Shown here: one piece after another, positions 24,931-37,174 of the stretch | How the letters are laid out: every line of letters starts with the position of its first letter | Position numbering within the stretch: position 1 is the stretch's first letter | NCBI RefSeq assembly: GCF_020745735.1 | Contig: NC_083414.1 | Span: 51,776,013 to 51,840,012, forward strand | DNA from: Hemiscyllium ocellatum | Lineage: Eukaryota | Length of the DNA stretch: 64,000 bases | Direction of reading: 5' to 3' | Translations under genes and position numbers: made by a program | The notes under the pieces: generated by a model | The model's input: the letters and a program-made list of their open reading frames with translations, nothing else | What the model was told of the DNA's origin: nothing | Databases searched by the model: none

Positions 24931-25573
24931 TTCTTCCCACATGGAATGCAATTAAAGAGCAGCTATTTAAAGCAAGATTTGTTAACACTACCTTGACACT
25001 GACAGCTACTGCCTTTGCATGCTGTTGATATTATTTTTAAAAATTGATAATGATAGCTTAAAGCAGAAATCAAAAGAGAAAGCATTTATTAATCTTGAAA
25101 GTCGAAATAAAACAATTAAGATGAAATAATGATACCTTGTGAAACACTCATTATTAAAAGAAATTGCCTCAGAATTTCTCACCGATTTTTAATTATAAAG
25201 ACACATCCATGGCTTAACATCCCTGAATGTTGCAAAAGGAAGAGAGTATTGAGGAGTAAATAATTTAAGCTATTAATTTTGTTTCTCTCTACCTGTTGCT
25301 ATGCTAACCGCAAGATAACATATTCAATTAAATTAATGGTGATGGTGATCTTCTGACATTCGAGCCAATCTTCACATCAGAGGGCAAGTTGCACTTAAAT
25401 GTCAATCTCTGATTTCATTTTAACCTAGTGCCGATGCACTTGCTTGTTGGTCTTGTTGAAAGACATTTCCTTTGACAGGTCAATAGCAAATAAGTTTTTT
25501 AGATTGATTGCTTGAAATATTTACTTGTTGTTTTAAAAATTCTGATTCTTAGCAATGAAGAGTTTACTTGTTC

Positions 25574-26322
25574 AGAACATAGAACATAGAACAATACAGC
25601 ACTGAACAGACCCTTTGGCCCTCAATGTTGCACCGACGTGTGAACTATCCTCAGCTCGTCCCCCGTCACTATCCCCAAATCATCCATGTGCTTATCTAAG
25701 GATTGTTTAAATCTCCCTTAATGTGGCTAAGTTGACTACATTAGCAGATAGGGCATCTGTCTTAATCCTATTACCCTTCAATCTGTAGTTCTGCCACCTC
25801 GTACACGCTAACGTCATCATCCCAGGAAAAAGACTTTCACTGTCTACCCTAACTAATCCTCTGATCATCTTGTACGTCTCTATCAAATCCCCTCTTAGCC
25901 TTCTTCTTGCCAATGAGAACAGGTTCAAGTCTCTCAGCCTTTCCTCATAAGACATTCCCTCCAGACCAGGCAACATCCTCGTAAATCACCCCTGCACCTT
26001 TTCCAATGCTTCCACATCCTTCATAAAATATGGGGACCAGAACTGTACACAATATTCCGAGTCTGGCCCCAGCAGCATTTTGTATAGTTGCAGCATGATA
26101 TTGCAGCTCTGCAACTCAATCCCTCTACGAATGAAACCTAACACACCATATGCTTTCTTAACAGCACTATCCACCTGGGTGGCAACTTTCAGGGATCTAT
26201 GTACATGGACTCCAAGATCCCTCTGCACATCCATACTACCAAGAATCTTTCCATCGACCCAGTACTCTGCCTTCCTGTTATTCTTCCCAAAGTGCATCAC
26301 CTCACATTTAGCTGCATTGAAC
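25574..26322 (-). mobile_element. CR1 3' fragment, second subfamily, with internal deletion
   Basis: ORFs 25986-26384 (FNAAKCEVMHFG...QRDLGVHV...YCVQFWSP) and 25707-25976; (TGTTCTA)n tail. Confidence 0.92.
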
Positions 26323-26989
26323 AACTGTTTAGAAACATTGGCAGAAATATTGCACAAAAACCTACGCTGGATTGTGCTGAACATCAGGAAATTGAAGGAC
26401 TTAGTATTGGTGAGGTCCTAATTTTTGCTTCATGTGTGTCGGAAAATTCTGTGTTTATGTGAAATGCCAGTTGAATGGGCCTGGTCATTTCATCAAATTT
26501 GTCTCACTTTTGCACAATATTAGAAAAGACCCATCATTCATTGTTTCAGTCCAGTGTTTCTTTTCTTAATCAGCACCTTTGAAGCTGAAGTTCCTCTGCA
26601 GGATTTCCATTACTATTTCTCAAAGCTAATCTGAGTTCTTCAATCAAGGCGAAACAGATTGCATCAGACACTTTTGTTCAAATGCAGGAAGAAATTTGAC
26701 TGTGATGTTTCCAATTCGCTCTGGTAATTGCTACAGTCAATGAAAAATGCAAGAAAATAAGGACTATGTGATTAACAGTGATATTATTGCCCTACACAAC
26801 AGGTTTTATGGTGCTCCTCAACAATTTCATTAAATGGGAACGTTTGCACCATGCTAAGTTTAATACACGTTTGCTTCATTTGAGAAACATTACTGAGCAA
26901 CCTTGTGAAAGTTTCTCACTTTTGCTCACATCCTTCCTGCATTTTACTGATTCTTTGCTTATGTAATCAACAAGATTGTAGATACAGGT

Positions 26990-27083
26990 AAAAACAAGGA
27001 CTGCAGATGCTGGAAACCAGAGTCTAGATTAGAGTGGTGCTGGAAAAGCACAGCAGGTCAGGCAGCATCCGAGGAACAGGAGG
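26990..27083 (-). mobile_element. Short Penelope-like terminus (family A)
   Basis: GGACTGCAGATGCTGGAAACCAG...GCTGGAAAAGCACAGCAGGTCAGGCAGCATCCGAGG; flanked by AGGTAAA on both sides. Confidence 0.75.
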
Positions 27084-27334
27084 TAAATATATACAAATTA
27101 GTCTCCTGGGTTTGCAGCATGGTGAGCTGATGCACTTAAAATACATTTACGGCACCAGAGGCAAATCAATTTAATAACTAGTCCTGTTGTGTTGCAACTT
27201 TGACCTATTTAACAGGGCACTGAAATACTCTGATGATCATCCAAAACATGATTCTATAAAACTTTTTACTGTCATTGCAAACAACTGCATTATTCAAATC
27301 AAATTTGCTCACTAAAAATAGTGGGAAAATACCG

Positions 27335-27440
27335 ACCTAACTGGACAAGTAATTCACAGACTAATGCTCTGGGAGCACAAGTTGAAATTCCATCACGATA
27401 GCTTGTGGTATTTAAATAAAAATCTGACATTGAAAGTTGA
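27335..27440 (+). mobile_element. Old tRNA-derived SINE head remnant (SacSINE/DeuSINE-like)
   Basis: CTGGACAAGTAATTCACAGACTAATGCTCTGGGAGCACAAGTTGAAATTCCATCACG contains a degenerate B box; the family name is from recall only. Confidence 0.35.
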
Positions 27441-29481
27441 GAGAAACCAGAGTTAATGTTTTAGGTCAAGTGACCCTGCCTCAGAAATTGCTAGCAAATC
27501 CCACAACCTATTTAATAATGAAATAGAACATTGGAAATGCTGAGTTTCCAGCTTCATTACGATTATTCCTTTAACGTTGGGGTGACTTTGGGAGATCACA
27601 GGGAAGGGATGAAGAGCTGAGGAGAGGTTGGACTGCTCTGACATGATCATTCATTGGGAAGATGAATTTCCACTCTTTTGTGCAAACAGGACATCCTTGT
27701 TCGATGTTATTTTAAAGACCTCCCTGCTTAAAGTACATCAGATAAAGTTAAAAGCTGACTCGCCATTGCACAATGCAGTTGCATTAGTTGCTGTTTGAGA
27801 TTCTTGATAAACATAGCATTCAAGAGTAATGACAAATACAACATGGTTTGAAGCTTATACCATTTTGCATAAATTTGATGCCACTTTTGCCAGAAAAAGA
27901 AAAAGGAAACGACATCCTGATTGAATAAATATTTATGGAGATCAGATTATTTTCTATTTTGGGGAAAAAATGAGTCTAATTTTGGGTGAAACTCTAGAAT
28001 GTTTGGAATGAAAGGTTCTTGCCTTTTCTTTGCAAAAGGCCTTATACAAAGTAACTTTGATGGTATTGAACCACATTTGGACAGAAAAACAGATTGCAGT
28101 GATCTGAATAGCTCTTCACTGTGTTTTATGGACTTGCACATAAGACCACAGCAGACCTCGTTAAGAGTCAAGTGATTTTTCTATTTTGCATGTTGGATGG
28201 TCCTGAGAAATAAGGCACCAACTGATGCTTCTTTCCAGATTCGCTATAGTGTCAATCCACATACTTTTGCTTCCCAGTCAGCAGTCTCCAGCTATTTCTG
28301 TTAATGCCCTCACCTTTTGTTCACATCTTACTCCTGAAGAAGTGACAGACAAAAAGATAACATTTGCTGTTAGTTGGGCTCCAGCAGCAGAGATTCCGCC
28401 CAGTGTACAATGCGCCAAATGCAGTCGTAGGGTATAATTCCAGATCATGGAACTGGTAACATGCGAATTCCTGCCACTTTCACAGTCTCCCATACCATTT
28501 GGTGACACTGATGTAAAAAGTCCTTCTCTGACAAAGAGATTATTTGGTTGCTTTTATTAATGACATTTTTACATTGACAACATTAGTTGAATGACATCAA
28601 CAAAGAAGCGACAGTCTAACGCAGGAGACTAGTAAGTGTACATTCCTGGCCCTGGTGTCACTTCTGAGGTCCATCTTAAATTTGTTTGAGTTAATTCCGG
28701 GCACGAAGATTTTAACTCTGGAATTCACTACAGAGTGAGTGACATTTGGATCAAAGAAGAGCTATTAAATAATAACTAAAAGGAAATGAACATATATTTT
28801 GGAAAATAGCTTTTTGTGTAAAAGGTCACCTTGATGATACAGAGCATAGAAAGGAAAAAGATCATTTGAGTTGGTCAAGTGACTAAATTGTCAGGTGACA
28901 AATTTGTGTTGCTCGCTTGTAAATTAGTTTAATTCAAAATTTGAAATGTGCAATTAAAATCTTTTTCCTTCTTTCAGGTAATGTTTCCATGCTCTTGCAC
29001 TCTTATTTATTGTTGGACATATCTGATCATTTTTCCTTGTAAAGGAAAGTTAATTAAGCTTCATTTACTAATGAAGAACTAAGGAGTGATATATTTAAAT
29101 AATCTACCACCAGGAGCATCAAATTGTAGCAGAATTCATCCATATTTCTTCTTTTTATTACAAGAAATGCAATCAAAGCAACTTAAATTATCCATCTCCT
29201 CTTCTCATTGTCATTCAGAAAGGTTTTATGCTCATCATACAGCATTAAAAACGAAATGAGCTTCAGATCAAAAATTCAGAGAATTATGCTAGTACTTGAG
29301 TGCCACCTTGTGGCAAACTGCGGAAATCGTCCCCTCTCGGTAAAACAGGAGAAACAAATGGAAGGCCCAAACTAGAATCTCAAATACGGCCATTAACTCA
29401 CAACTATTGATTTGCTTTGTAATGAACAGCCTCCAGAACAGCTCCATGTTGAAAATACCTTTATCACGCATTCAAATTTTC

Positions 29482-30080
29482 ACAAGTGCGAGTTGATGCA
29501 CTTTGCGAGCTCAAATGCAAGAGGACAGTACACTGTAAATGACTGGACATTTAGGAGCATTGATATACAAAGGGATTTTCGGTTCAAGTTCAGAGGTCCC
29601 TGGAAGTGGCAACACAGTTGGATAAGATGACAAAGAAGGCATGTGGCATACTTGCTTTCATTTGTCGGAAAATTGAGTATAAAAGTTAGCAAGTCACATT
29701 GCGACTGTATAAGACTTTAGTCGGGCCATTTTTGGAACAAATAGTCTGGTAACTGCACTTAAGGAAGGATATGGTGGATTTGGAGAGGGTACAGAAGAAG
29801 TATCAAGGATTGGAGTGTATTCACAAAAAGGAAACGGTGGACAAACTTAGATTGTTTCAGCTTGAAAGTCGGAGACTGAGGGGTGACCTGATAGAAATAT
29901 ATAAAATTATGAGAGGCATGGATAGGGTGGACAGTTGAAGTTTCTTTCCCAGGGTGGAAATGGCAAATACTAGGGAGCATAGGTTTAAAATGAGGGTGGG
30001 AAAGTTTAAAGGAGATGCATGAGGGAAGTATTTTTTTAAACGCAGAGGGTAGTAGGTGCTGTACAGTTCTATGTGCTATG
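29482..30080 (+). mobile_element. CR1 3' fragment
   Basis: KCELMHF...QRD; GAGGGGTGACCTGATAGAAATATATAAAATTATGAGAGG. Confidence 0.85.
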
Positions 30081-30219
30081 CTTTCCTGACAAATCCAGCA
30101 CAGAATGATATTTCTGACTTAAAAAGCATCAACCAACTGCATCCACAATGAAAATGCTGGAAACCATCACCTAAAGAAATTACAACCTTAGTAAAAGGGT
30201 TTGTTTTGGAGAAGGCTGC

Positions 30220-31985
30220 GGAGAGGATGAGCGAACTGACCACGGCACCCAGGGAGTCATTTAAATGGACGGAGGAAACAGAAATGCGGTTGTGTCAGGG
30301 GACAGCATAATTACGGGGAGAGATGTTCTCTGCAGCTGTGAGCAGGACTCCCAAAATCTGTGTGGCCTGCCTGGCACTCGGTCAAGGACATCTTCTCAGG
30401 ACTGGAGAAGACCTTGGGGAGGGATCCAGTAAGTTTTAATTCACATTGGGATTATTGACTAGAAAGGCAGTTGTACTGAAAGTTTTTGAACAGTTCAGAG
30501 CTAAATTAAAAAGCAGACCCTTCGAGGTAAAATCTCTGGATTATTACCCAAGCCCGGGGCCAAATGGCAAAGGGTAAATAAAGTCATGGAGTTAAATATG
30601 TTGCTCAAAGTTTGACGTGGGTGGAATGGGTTTCAGTTCATGGAGTGCTGGCTTCAGTACTGGGTGGGACGGAGCTGCTCTGGTGGGGTGGGCGTCAGTT
30701 GAACTGTGCTGGGACCAGTGTCCTGGTGAATTCTACAACAAGGGCTTGTGGGATATGCTTTAAACTAATTAGGTGAGGGAGTGGGAGAGTTTGGGAGAGG
30801 GGAAATGTAGGTTTACAAGGCAAACAGATGTGGCAGCATTACAAGCTGATAATTGAGACCCAGAATGAGACAGAAAGAGACAGAGTGTACAAGAGGAACA
30901 GCAGTAAATAGGATCAAAATTAATCACTCTTTGCTTGAACACATTTGGGAAAATAAAATGGCAGAAACCGAGGTTAAGGGTATTATTTTCTAATCATCAT
31001 GAAGACATGGCTATAACGAGGTCAAAGCTAGATATTAAGTATTTGGAGTATGTGGAAATTTTGCAAGAATAGGGCGGTACTCGAGCTTTGTTAGTATGGG
31101 ATGAAATAAATATGATAGCAAGGAATTATCTTGCACCAGCATATTTAGATTCCATATGGGTGGAGCTAATAAATGAGAAGATGAAGAAGACACTGGTAGG
31201 CATTTTCTATGGATCCTATATGTTTTCTATCAGCCCCTAACAGATTCAATATGTTAAGATAGAGAATAAAGCAAGAGGTAGTGAGGGCGTGAAAATAGGG
31301 CAATAAATTAAATCATGGGTGACTTGGACCCTCATGCAGATTGGCAGAGGAAGCAACAAGAAAGAATTCATAGAGTGCATTCAGGACAGTTTTCTAGAAC
31401 AATACATTGTTGATCCAGCTAGGGAATCAGGCTATTTGGATCTGGTGTTATGTACTGAAGCAGATTTAATTAATTTGTTCAGAGTAAAATATCCCCTTGA
31501 AACAGACACCATATCAGGGTATAAATTAGCATTCAGGGTGAAACTTGGGTCAAAAGCCACTGTCCTACACTGAAATATAGATAATCACAATAGAGAGAGG
31601 CCAGAGCGAGATGCAGCAGACTGAGAAAGGAGTTTTGCTGCAGAGACATTGAGGAGAAATGGGGAACATTTAATAAAATAGTTTATGGCTCACAACAAAG
31701 ATATATCCCCATGAGAAAGAAAAGTGCTAGCAAAGGGATAAGCCAACCATGGTTAGCCAGGAAAATTGAGAATAGCAACAGGTTTTAAATAAAAACATAC
31801 AATGGGAAAAATGTAGTGCTTAGCCAAAAGATATGGAAAGTTTTAAAGACAAACAAAAGATGACCCAAAAAAAATGAAGAGAATAAAAATAAACTTGGAG
31901 AGTAAAGTTGATATTATGAGCAGGACAGACAGCAAATGTTTTTTTGAATACATAGAAGAGCAAAAAGAAAGAACCTAAAGTGTAA
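30220..31985 (+). mobile_element. CR1 5'/middle fragment (ORF1 esterase remnant plus endonuclease)
   Basis: GDSIITG...LPG.RSR esterase-like segment near 30300-30390; ORF 31319-31573 EFIECIQDSFLEQYIVDPARESGYLDLVL. Confidence 0.8.
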
Positions 31986-32180
31986 CTTCTGTTGCATAAT
32001 CTCCAAATACTGAAATTCCCTAATACATACAAAGATATGAATGTACAAATTAGGGGGAATAGCTTACTCAGTTCCTTGATTCTCCTTTGCAATTCAATAG
32101 GATCATGGCTGATTTGATTACTTTACATTTCCACCTACTCCTGATAACCTTTCATCACCTGATCTTTTCACCTCTGCCCG

Positions 32181-32292
32181 TGAAGCACCTTGAACCAGCG
32201 CTACATCGGACACTCTCACTGATGACGTTACCTAGTCATGGTGACGAAACATCTGAAAACAAACCTTCCAGCTCAGTGAACTAACTTACAAA
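32181..32292 (+). mobile_element. Penelope-like terminus (family C) with hammerhead motif
   Basis: TCA-CTGATGA-C-GTTACC-TAGTCAT-GGTGAC-GAAA-CA-TC-TGA at 32216-32256. Confidence 0.65.
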
Positions 32293-32404
32293 AATATTTC
32301 ATCATCTCTGATATAAATTGGTCTTAATGGGTGTCAAAAGAAATAATGCAATGAAAACTATCTCAAAGAGGTCATGATCAACATATAACAAATGAAATAT
32401 CATT

Positions 32405-32830
32405 GCACTCAGCACCACTCATGGCCTCAGCTCTTGACTCAACAAATGATGTCTGTCTGCACAATGTGAAGGAATGCTCTCCATTTGCCTCAATGCGTGC
32501 AGCTCCAACAATAGTCAAGAAGCTGACACCATCTTGATGAAGCAGCCCACTTCATCAATGCCCATTCTAACAGCTCCTTTCACTGTCAGCATATAGTAAT
32601 TGCATCTACAAGGTGCATTCTAGCAATTTATGAAGGCTTTTTGTATATACTTCCCAAAAAAAAACCTTATCACTGAGAAGAACAAGGGCAGTAGGTGTAT
32701 GTGAACACTACCACCTACTAGTTCCCTTTCAAGTCACTCATCTTCCTGACTTGGAACTACATTGCTGTTCTTTTATTTTCACTGGCTCAAATTTTTTGAA
32801 CTCATAACCTCACAGAACTGTAAGTCTATC
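32405..32830 (+). mobile_element. Older CR1/L2-group LINE 3' fragment
   Basis: Similar to 52930-53425 and 46980-47350 (GCTCCAACAATAGTCAAGAAGCT, CTGACTTGGAACTACATTGCTGTTC). Confidence 0.6.
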
Positions 32831-32849
32831 CAGAACATATGGCCTAATT

Positions 32850-33638
32850 CACCTTTTGTAAAACCCCCAAAGTCACTTCTTTCACCATCAGAAAACTCTC
32901 AGTGACTGAAAGAGCCATTGCTATCTAAAGCACTGTGTAAACCAAGCAAATTCAACACCTGGAACAAAAGACATTCACACCTACCACTCCTTGCCTTCGA
33001 GTCCTGCAACCCTCATCCCAAATTGGAACTATAGATCAAATCTCACAAAGAACCCCCAATCTGTTATAGACCAGGCTAGACACCCTCAAAACCTTTCAAG
33101 AAAATGCCCGGATCCTAACTTTGCTCATTGTTTTTAGCAGGTGTAAAGTGCATATTCTATGAGTAATGCAGCAGGCCCAACCACTTAGTTTTAAACAAAC
33201 CAGAATTTATTTGCAAGATTACTGAATGAAATACAAACACAAGAGAACAGAATATAGAATAACTTAACCCATCCGGAAACCCAACTGATTATCCCAACTT
33301 AATGATGTTCCAAATACTTGCAACAATTCCCACATACACCCCTTGGCAAAAAAAGTTAAAATCAAACACAGGGTCTTAAAGGAGATGTCAGAGAGAGGGA
33401 GGGTCAACATGAACATGCTTCTTTGGGTCCAGCAGCTTCACAACTGACTTGCTGAAACCAAGGCAGAGAAAAGCTGAGCTGGGAGAACTGGCCACTCCCA
33501 TTTCATTTAACAAGTTTTTTCTTTAAACTTAAAAGCTCCTTCAAGTAGATCAACCCCAGGCATTTCAGAATCTGTGGTTTTATGACCTCCTAAAACAAAA
33601 TGACAACATAACCTTGTTAAAGGAGCAGCATCATCAGA
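32850..33638 (-). mobile_element. Truncated Gypsy copy: complete 5' LTR (33062-33638), PBS, leader and gag start
   Basis: 33062-33638 is the reverse complement of LTR 41492-42080, and 32850-33060 is the reverse complement of 34244-34440. PBS-like TGGGGGTTCTTTGTGAGAT follows the LTR. Confidence 0.85.
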
Positions 33639-33859
33639 AACCTGCTCAACCATCTTGTATAGATAGAACTTCAACCTCAACTTCACCTTTCTCTACTCTC
33701 CACATATCCCTTACCTCATTTAATGCCCCCAAAAATAGTGATCTCTGATTATACAGACCTTTATTCTGAGACTGTGGTCCTTCATTCTTTACAAGCAGCT
33801 ATGGAGAATATTCTGCAAGCATTTATCCCTTTAAGAATTGGATATGTTTAAGTAATATT

Positions 33860-34020
33860 GAACTTTTAACTTTATTTCTTTATTTTTCTACTTTTTACTA
33901 AGATTTTCAGCCTGGGTAGCTTTGTACCGAAGACAGGACCAGAAATGGCGACTTTCTATGTTTTCACTGTACTCTTGCGTTTGAGTATACATGACAGTAA
34001 ACCAAATTCTAATTCTAATA
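33860..34020 (+). mobile_element. Short repeat with L2-like tail
   Basis: TTTTCACTGTACTC...TACATGACAGTAAACCAAATTCTAATTCTAAT; reverse complement of the 49176-49400 type. Confidence 0.55.
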
Positions 34021-34469
34021 TTGCTCCTTATTCCGCTAAATTATAGGAAATAATGGCATTATCTACACAACCTCTCCTCATTGACCAATCCCTCATCTCC
34101 AGAATCAGTCCAGCAAATCCTGCTTTGTACTTCTTCAACAGCAGGCATTTCTTGTCCATCTTCACTTATATCTGAGAAGGTACTGATTAACCACTGCTTA
34201 AACTCTTGAAAGGTTTGGAGGGTGTCTGGTCTGGCCCATAACAGAATGTTATGTGGAATTTGTGCTATGGTCCCGATTTGCGATTCGGGTTGCTGGACTC
34301 GAAGGCAGCGAGTGGTAGGTGTGAGTGCTGGGTATTGATTTCGGTTGGTTTGCAGAGTGCTTGGGATAACAATGGCTCTTTCAGCCACTGAGAGTTTGCT
34401 GGGGGTGGAATAAGTGACTTTGGGGGCTTTTACAAAAGATGAATAAGGCCAAGCTGCTGGAATTATCAG

Positions 34470-34608
34470 GGGGAAGAAAGTAAGGACTGCAGATGTTTGA
34501 GATCAGAATTGAGAGTGTGGTGCTGGAAGGGCTTATGCCCAAACATCGATTCTCCTGCTCCTCGGATGCTGCCTGACCTGCTGTGCTTTTCCAGCACCAC
34601 ACTCTCGA
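34470..34608. mobile_element. Palindromic Penelope-like insertion (family A) in gag
   Basis: GAGAGTGTGGTGCTGGAA and TTCCAGCACCACACTCTC arms; 16 bp TSD CTGCTGGAATTAT(C/T)AG (34454-34469, 34609-34624). Confidence 0.85.
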
Positions 34609-35305
34609 CTGCTGGAATTATTAGACAAGTTGGTTGGAGCTGCCTCTTCCCGTGAGGAAAGGAGAGATAACTACAGCAATAGCTCAGCATTTAAATTTGC
34701 TGGCAGTGCCATCAGAATCTTTAGAGATGGCTAAAGTTCAATTGAAAATGAAGCAGCTTGAGTTAGAGCAAAAAGACAAGGAAAGGCCAACAGAAACAAA
34801 ATGGTTGGAATTACGATTAAAAGAAGAGGAAAGAGAGAGAGGGGAGAGAGAAAGGGAGAAAGAAAGAGAGAGAGAGAGAAGTGAAGGAAAGGGAGAAAGA
34901 GAGGGAGTTTGAATGTCAGAAATTGGCACTTAGACACCAAAAGTCAGCTTTAAAGGATGAGATGAAGGCTGAAGTAGGCTTAGTGAGGGAGGGAGTAAGG
35001 ATGAGCAAGGCCCTGTCAGTCAGAAGCCTAGTGAGAAATTGTTTAAGAATGTTCAAGCATTGCCGAGATTTGATGAGAAGGACATCTGAAAGGTGGCCAA
35101 ACAAATGCGGTGGCTAGTGACCATGTGGGTTTTGTTGATCCAAACAAAACTTGTAGGTAGAGGGAGTGAGGTATTTGCATCACTATCAGATGAGGTATCT
35201 GGGGCGTGTGAGAGGTGAAGAAAGCCATCTTAAGCGTATATGAACTTGTACCAGAAGCCTACTGACAACGTTTCAGGAATCTAAGAAGTGACCCTGGTCA
35301 AACCT

Positions 35306-35762
35306 GGGGCGAATTTGTCCTTGCTGAGTTACATTGTACTTATCTTAAAAACTTCATGAGTTCATGTCACTCTGTTATCTCACTTTTTAGATTAGAATCA
35401 ATCTAAACATCAGGTCATAGACAGAGAACACAGGGGGCTAACACCTTCAACATATTGTCTAGCTAACACCAATTGTTACAGCTAACCTGAGAATGCAACT
35501 TTTAAAAAAAAGTTTTGTGATTTACACATGGAAGAAGTGAAACTATCATGGTATTCGAACAGAAGAAAGACTCAACAGACAATCAAGGAATTTTTCAAAG
35601 TGTAATTTCAGTTACATCACACTGTAAATATTTGCTATAAATTCTGTGCCTTACAATTGTGTCCTCCACAATCACCTGATGAAGGAGTGTCGCTCCGAAA
35701 GCTAGTGCGCTTCCAGTTAAACCTGTTCGACTATAATCTGGTGTTGTGTGATTTTTAATTTA
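35306..35762 (+). mobile_element. Penelope-like insertion (family B) in gag with intact-looking hammerhead core
   Basis: TSD GTCAAACCT (35297-35305, 35763-35771); short 5' inversion; CAC-CTGATGA-A-GGAGTGTCGCTCC-GAAA-GC-TA-GTG. Confidence 0.85.
35673..35707 (+). ncRNA. Minimal type I hammerhead ribozyme motif
   Basis: Stem I CAC/GTG, core CTGATGA, stem II GGAGT/GCTCC, GAAA, 2-nt self-complementary stem III GC, and a UA cleavage site. Activity untested. Confidence 0.7.
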
Positions 35763-37174
35763 GTCAAACCTACATCGTGTATGCAAGGATCAAACAAAGT
35801 AATCTTGATCAGTGAACAATGGTATTAAAATTAGGGAAAACCTGCAACAATTGTTTTGGAGGAGTTCAAAAAATCACTTCCTGAAGTAGTGAGAACTCAT
35901 GTGGGAGAGCAGAGAGTTAAAATGGCAAGATTGGCAGGTGAAATAGCTGATGATTATGAGCTGGTCCATAAATCAAAGTTTGGATTCCAAAATTAATAGT
36001 AATCCGCGGGGGATAGAAATTGGGGAAAAGATAAATCCATCTGTGGAAAGGAAAAGGTATATCTTGGTGAAGATCATAAGGATAACTTACAACAGGGTAA
36101 AAAGGAAACCCTCTGAGGGGAAGGAGAAGTTAAAAAGCTCTGAAATAAAGTAGGCCAAGTGAAATCACAGTGTTGGTGGGTTAGGAACAACGCTGATAAG
36201 CCAGGTATAGGAAAATAGGCTAAGCCAATGAATGTTGTTGGAATGGTAATGGAAAGCACAGTGGAGGCTAGAAAGCTGCACCAGAATGTACAAGCTGGTC
36301 AGAGGTTGGTTAGGGAGGAAGTGCCAGATCTTCTTAAACTGTACATCTGTGAAGGTAAAGTTTATTCATTCAGGCCAGGAGCAGCAGGTAAAGTGATTAC
36401 AATGTGAGAAACAAGATCCTCTCAATATGTCATGTTGAAAGATGAGGAGATATTGAAGGACTATTGGCAGAAAAGGTGCGAGGAATGGGAGTTCATGGTG
36501 AGACAAGAAGCGCTCAATTATGTTGAGTGAGGTTAGAGTGTCCAGTGAAGAGTGGAGAAGTCACGGTAGGAGTATTGGACAAAATCTCAGCTACAGGAAC
36601 ACAATTTGTCTTTGCTAAAGATATTAATGATTCACAGCTACAAGTGTTGCCTACTGTGATTGAAAATCCTGTGGAAACTCAGGCAATTGCAGGACACATG
36701 TCCTGGGATTTTCCCTGACTGCATGGTAACAGGTCACAAAGTCACCAGTTGAAACAGGAGAGATCAAAGAGTACAGATAAGAAAGTTAAATTGGAATTAA
36801 TGGAGACTCTGTTGATCAAATGGTTGAGCCAAGCCAGGAGCAGATAGATGACACAGCAGACATGTTTAGCTCAGATAAACTAATTGAGTTACGGCAGAAA
36901 GATGAACGTTTAAAACAACAGTATCAAAAGGCATACATAAAAAAATAGTCTGTATGCATTGTTGAATGCAATAATCTTGAAACTCAAGTTTCAAAGAGGA
37001 AATGGAAATATATTCAGGCAAATGAGAAATGGGCAAAAGTTCATCAAGTCGTATTGCCAGTGGATTATAGAAAGGAGATGTTATGAGCGGTGCATGAACT
37101 ACCAGTGGGGGGTCATTTAGGAATAAGAAAAACACAAGCTAAAATACAAAAATATTTTTAACTAGGCTGGACTA

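Noticed and set aside
34826-34906. (GA)n-rich tract as an independent microsatellite
   Set aside because: It lies within the gag E/R/K-rich segment of the Gypsy element.
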